DNA of 64,000 nt from Clostridia bacterium (GTDB lineage Bacteria; Bacillota; Clostridia; Oscillospirales; CAG-382). Both the position numbers and the translations under genes were made by a program. The notes beneath the pieces are model-generated. The model had not been told where the DNA came from. It searched no databases and saw only the letters and a program-made list of their open reading frames with translations. The DNA is taken from assembly GCA_017561145.1 (NCBI GenBank), contig JAFZDO010000008.1, positions 489 to 64,488 of the forward strand, in the 5' to 3' direction. This document shows positions 63,512 through 64,000 of this stretch, one piece after another; position 1 is the stretch's first letter, and the number at the start of each line of letters is the position of its first letter.

Positions 63512-64000
63512 ATGAAAAAAGGCATCATCGGCAGAAAGCTCGGTATGACTCAGCTCTTTGATGAAAAGGGCAAGGTTATCCCTGTTACTGTCATCAGCGC
63601 AGGTCCCTGCGTTGTCGTTCAGAAGAGAACGAACGAAAAGAACGGCTATGAAGCAGTTCAGCTCGGCTTCTCGGACATCCCCGAGAGAAAACTCAACAAA
63701 CCTCAAAAAGGCGTTTTCGCTAAAGCAGAGGTTTCCTTCAAGAAGTACCTCAAGGAATTCCGTCTTGAAGATTGTGCTTCCCTTAACGTTGGTGACGTGA
63801 TCACCGCTGACACCTTCGAGGTTGGCGAAAAGATCGACATCACCGGCATGAGCAAGGGTCACGGCTTCAGCGGCGTCATCAAGAGATGGGGCTGCCACAG
63901 ACTCAGAATGACCCACGGTACAGGCCCTGTTCACCGTCAGGCAGGTTCGATGGGCGCAAACAGCGATCCCTCGAGAATCTTCAAGAACAAGAAGATGGCC
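63512..64000 (+). CDS. rplC: 50S ribosomal protein L3 (3'-truncated by the window end)
   Basis: The ATG at 63512 lies 9 nt after AAGGAGG. It translates to [28 protein letters not shown]...[12 protein letters not shown].. The reading frame stays open to the end of the window, so it is absent from the ORF track. Confidence 0.95.
   Translation, partial: MKKGIIGRKLGMTQLFDEKGKVIPVTVISAGPCVVVQKRTNEKNGYEAVQLGFSDIPERKLNKPQKGVFAKAEVSFKKYLKEFRLEDCASLNVGDVITADTFEVGEKIDITGMSKGHGFSGVIKRWGCHRLRMTHGTGPVHRQAGSMGANSDPSRIFKNKKMA

Noticed and set aside
1-64000. Scan for tRNA/rRNA genes, IS elements, integrases, phage or plasmid genes, toxin-antitoxin pairs, defence systems (RM, CRISPR-Cas, retron, Abi-like)
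   Set aside because: I found nothing. All large ORFs are accounted for by housekeeping or the listed unknown proteins. Intergenic regions lack tRNA-like T-arm/anticodon architecture and terminal inverted repeats. A proper tRNAscan, Infernal and defence-HMM run would be needed to be certain.

Overview
This 64-kb chromosomal segment is mostly core housekeeping genes from a spore-forming Clostridia-class Firmicute. The taxonomic call rests on a Gram-positive-type polC, addAB, spoIIR and Cheo-type LexA boxes. A dockerin-like module hints at an Oscillospiraceae/Ruminococcaceae-like organism, but that is inference only.

I call about 46 CDS, in this order:
- tandem solute-binding lipoprotein paralogs
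- dapA-dapB
- citrate synthase and aconitase, a 390-nt structured spacer, then isocitrate dehydrogenase
- an orphan processive GT2
- LexA-controlled dinB-uvrB-uvrA, running without a terminator into the TIGR03960/TIGR03936 radical-SAM pair
- an apparently leaderless lipoprotein gene
- the conserved pyrH-frr-uppS-cdsA-dxr-rseP-ispG-polC block
- PHP phosphatase, Lrp plus aminotransferase, ispE, spoIIR
- addB-addA with a translationally coupled small ORF
- bioY/birA with a textbook BirA operator
- a 3.7-kb block of four uncharacterised genes
- yfhO divergent from a secreted DUF4127-like protein
- a Na/Pi-PhoU transporter, a MacB-type ABC fusion, and GH38 mannosidase-phosphohexomutase-TSCPD
- the start of the S10 ribosomal operon

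I saw no rRNA, tRNA, CRISPR, transposase, integrase or phage genes.

The best candidates for undescribed biology are:
1. The 43.9-47.6 kb block. It holds a TM-anchored acidic protein, a 25-Cys protein behind a sigma-K-like promoter, and two tandem paralogs of an unknown family.
2. The HIRAN-like ORF coupled to addA.
3. The radical-SAM pair apparently riding on the SOS/NER operon.
4. The yfhO / DUF4127-dockerin divergent pair.
5. Three noncoding signals: an AAAAATGCAAC motif array upstream of the TCA-branch operon, a recurring CCCCAAAAA..TTTTCGGGGACCCCA hairpin family, and the heavily structured acn-icd spacer.

None of these is proven to be a system. All protein family calls come from motif recognition by eye. 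Hairpin and promoter coordinates were counted by hand and may be off by 1-2 nt.
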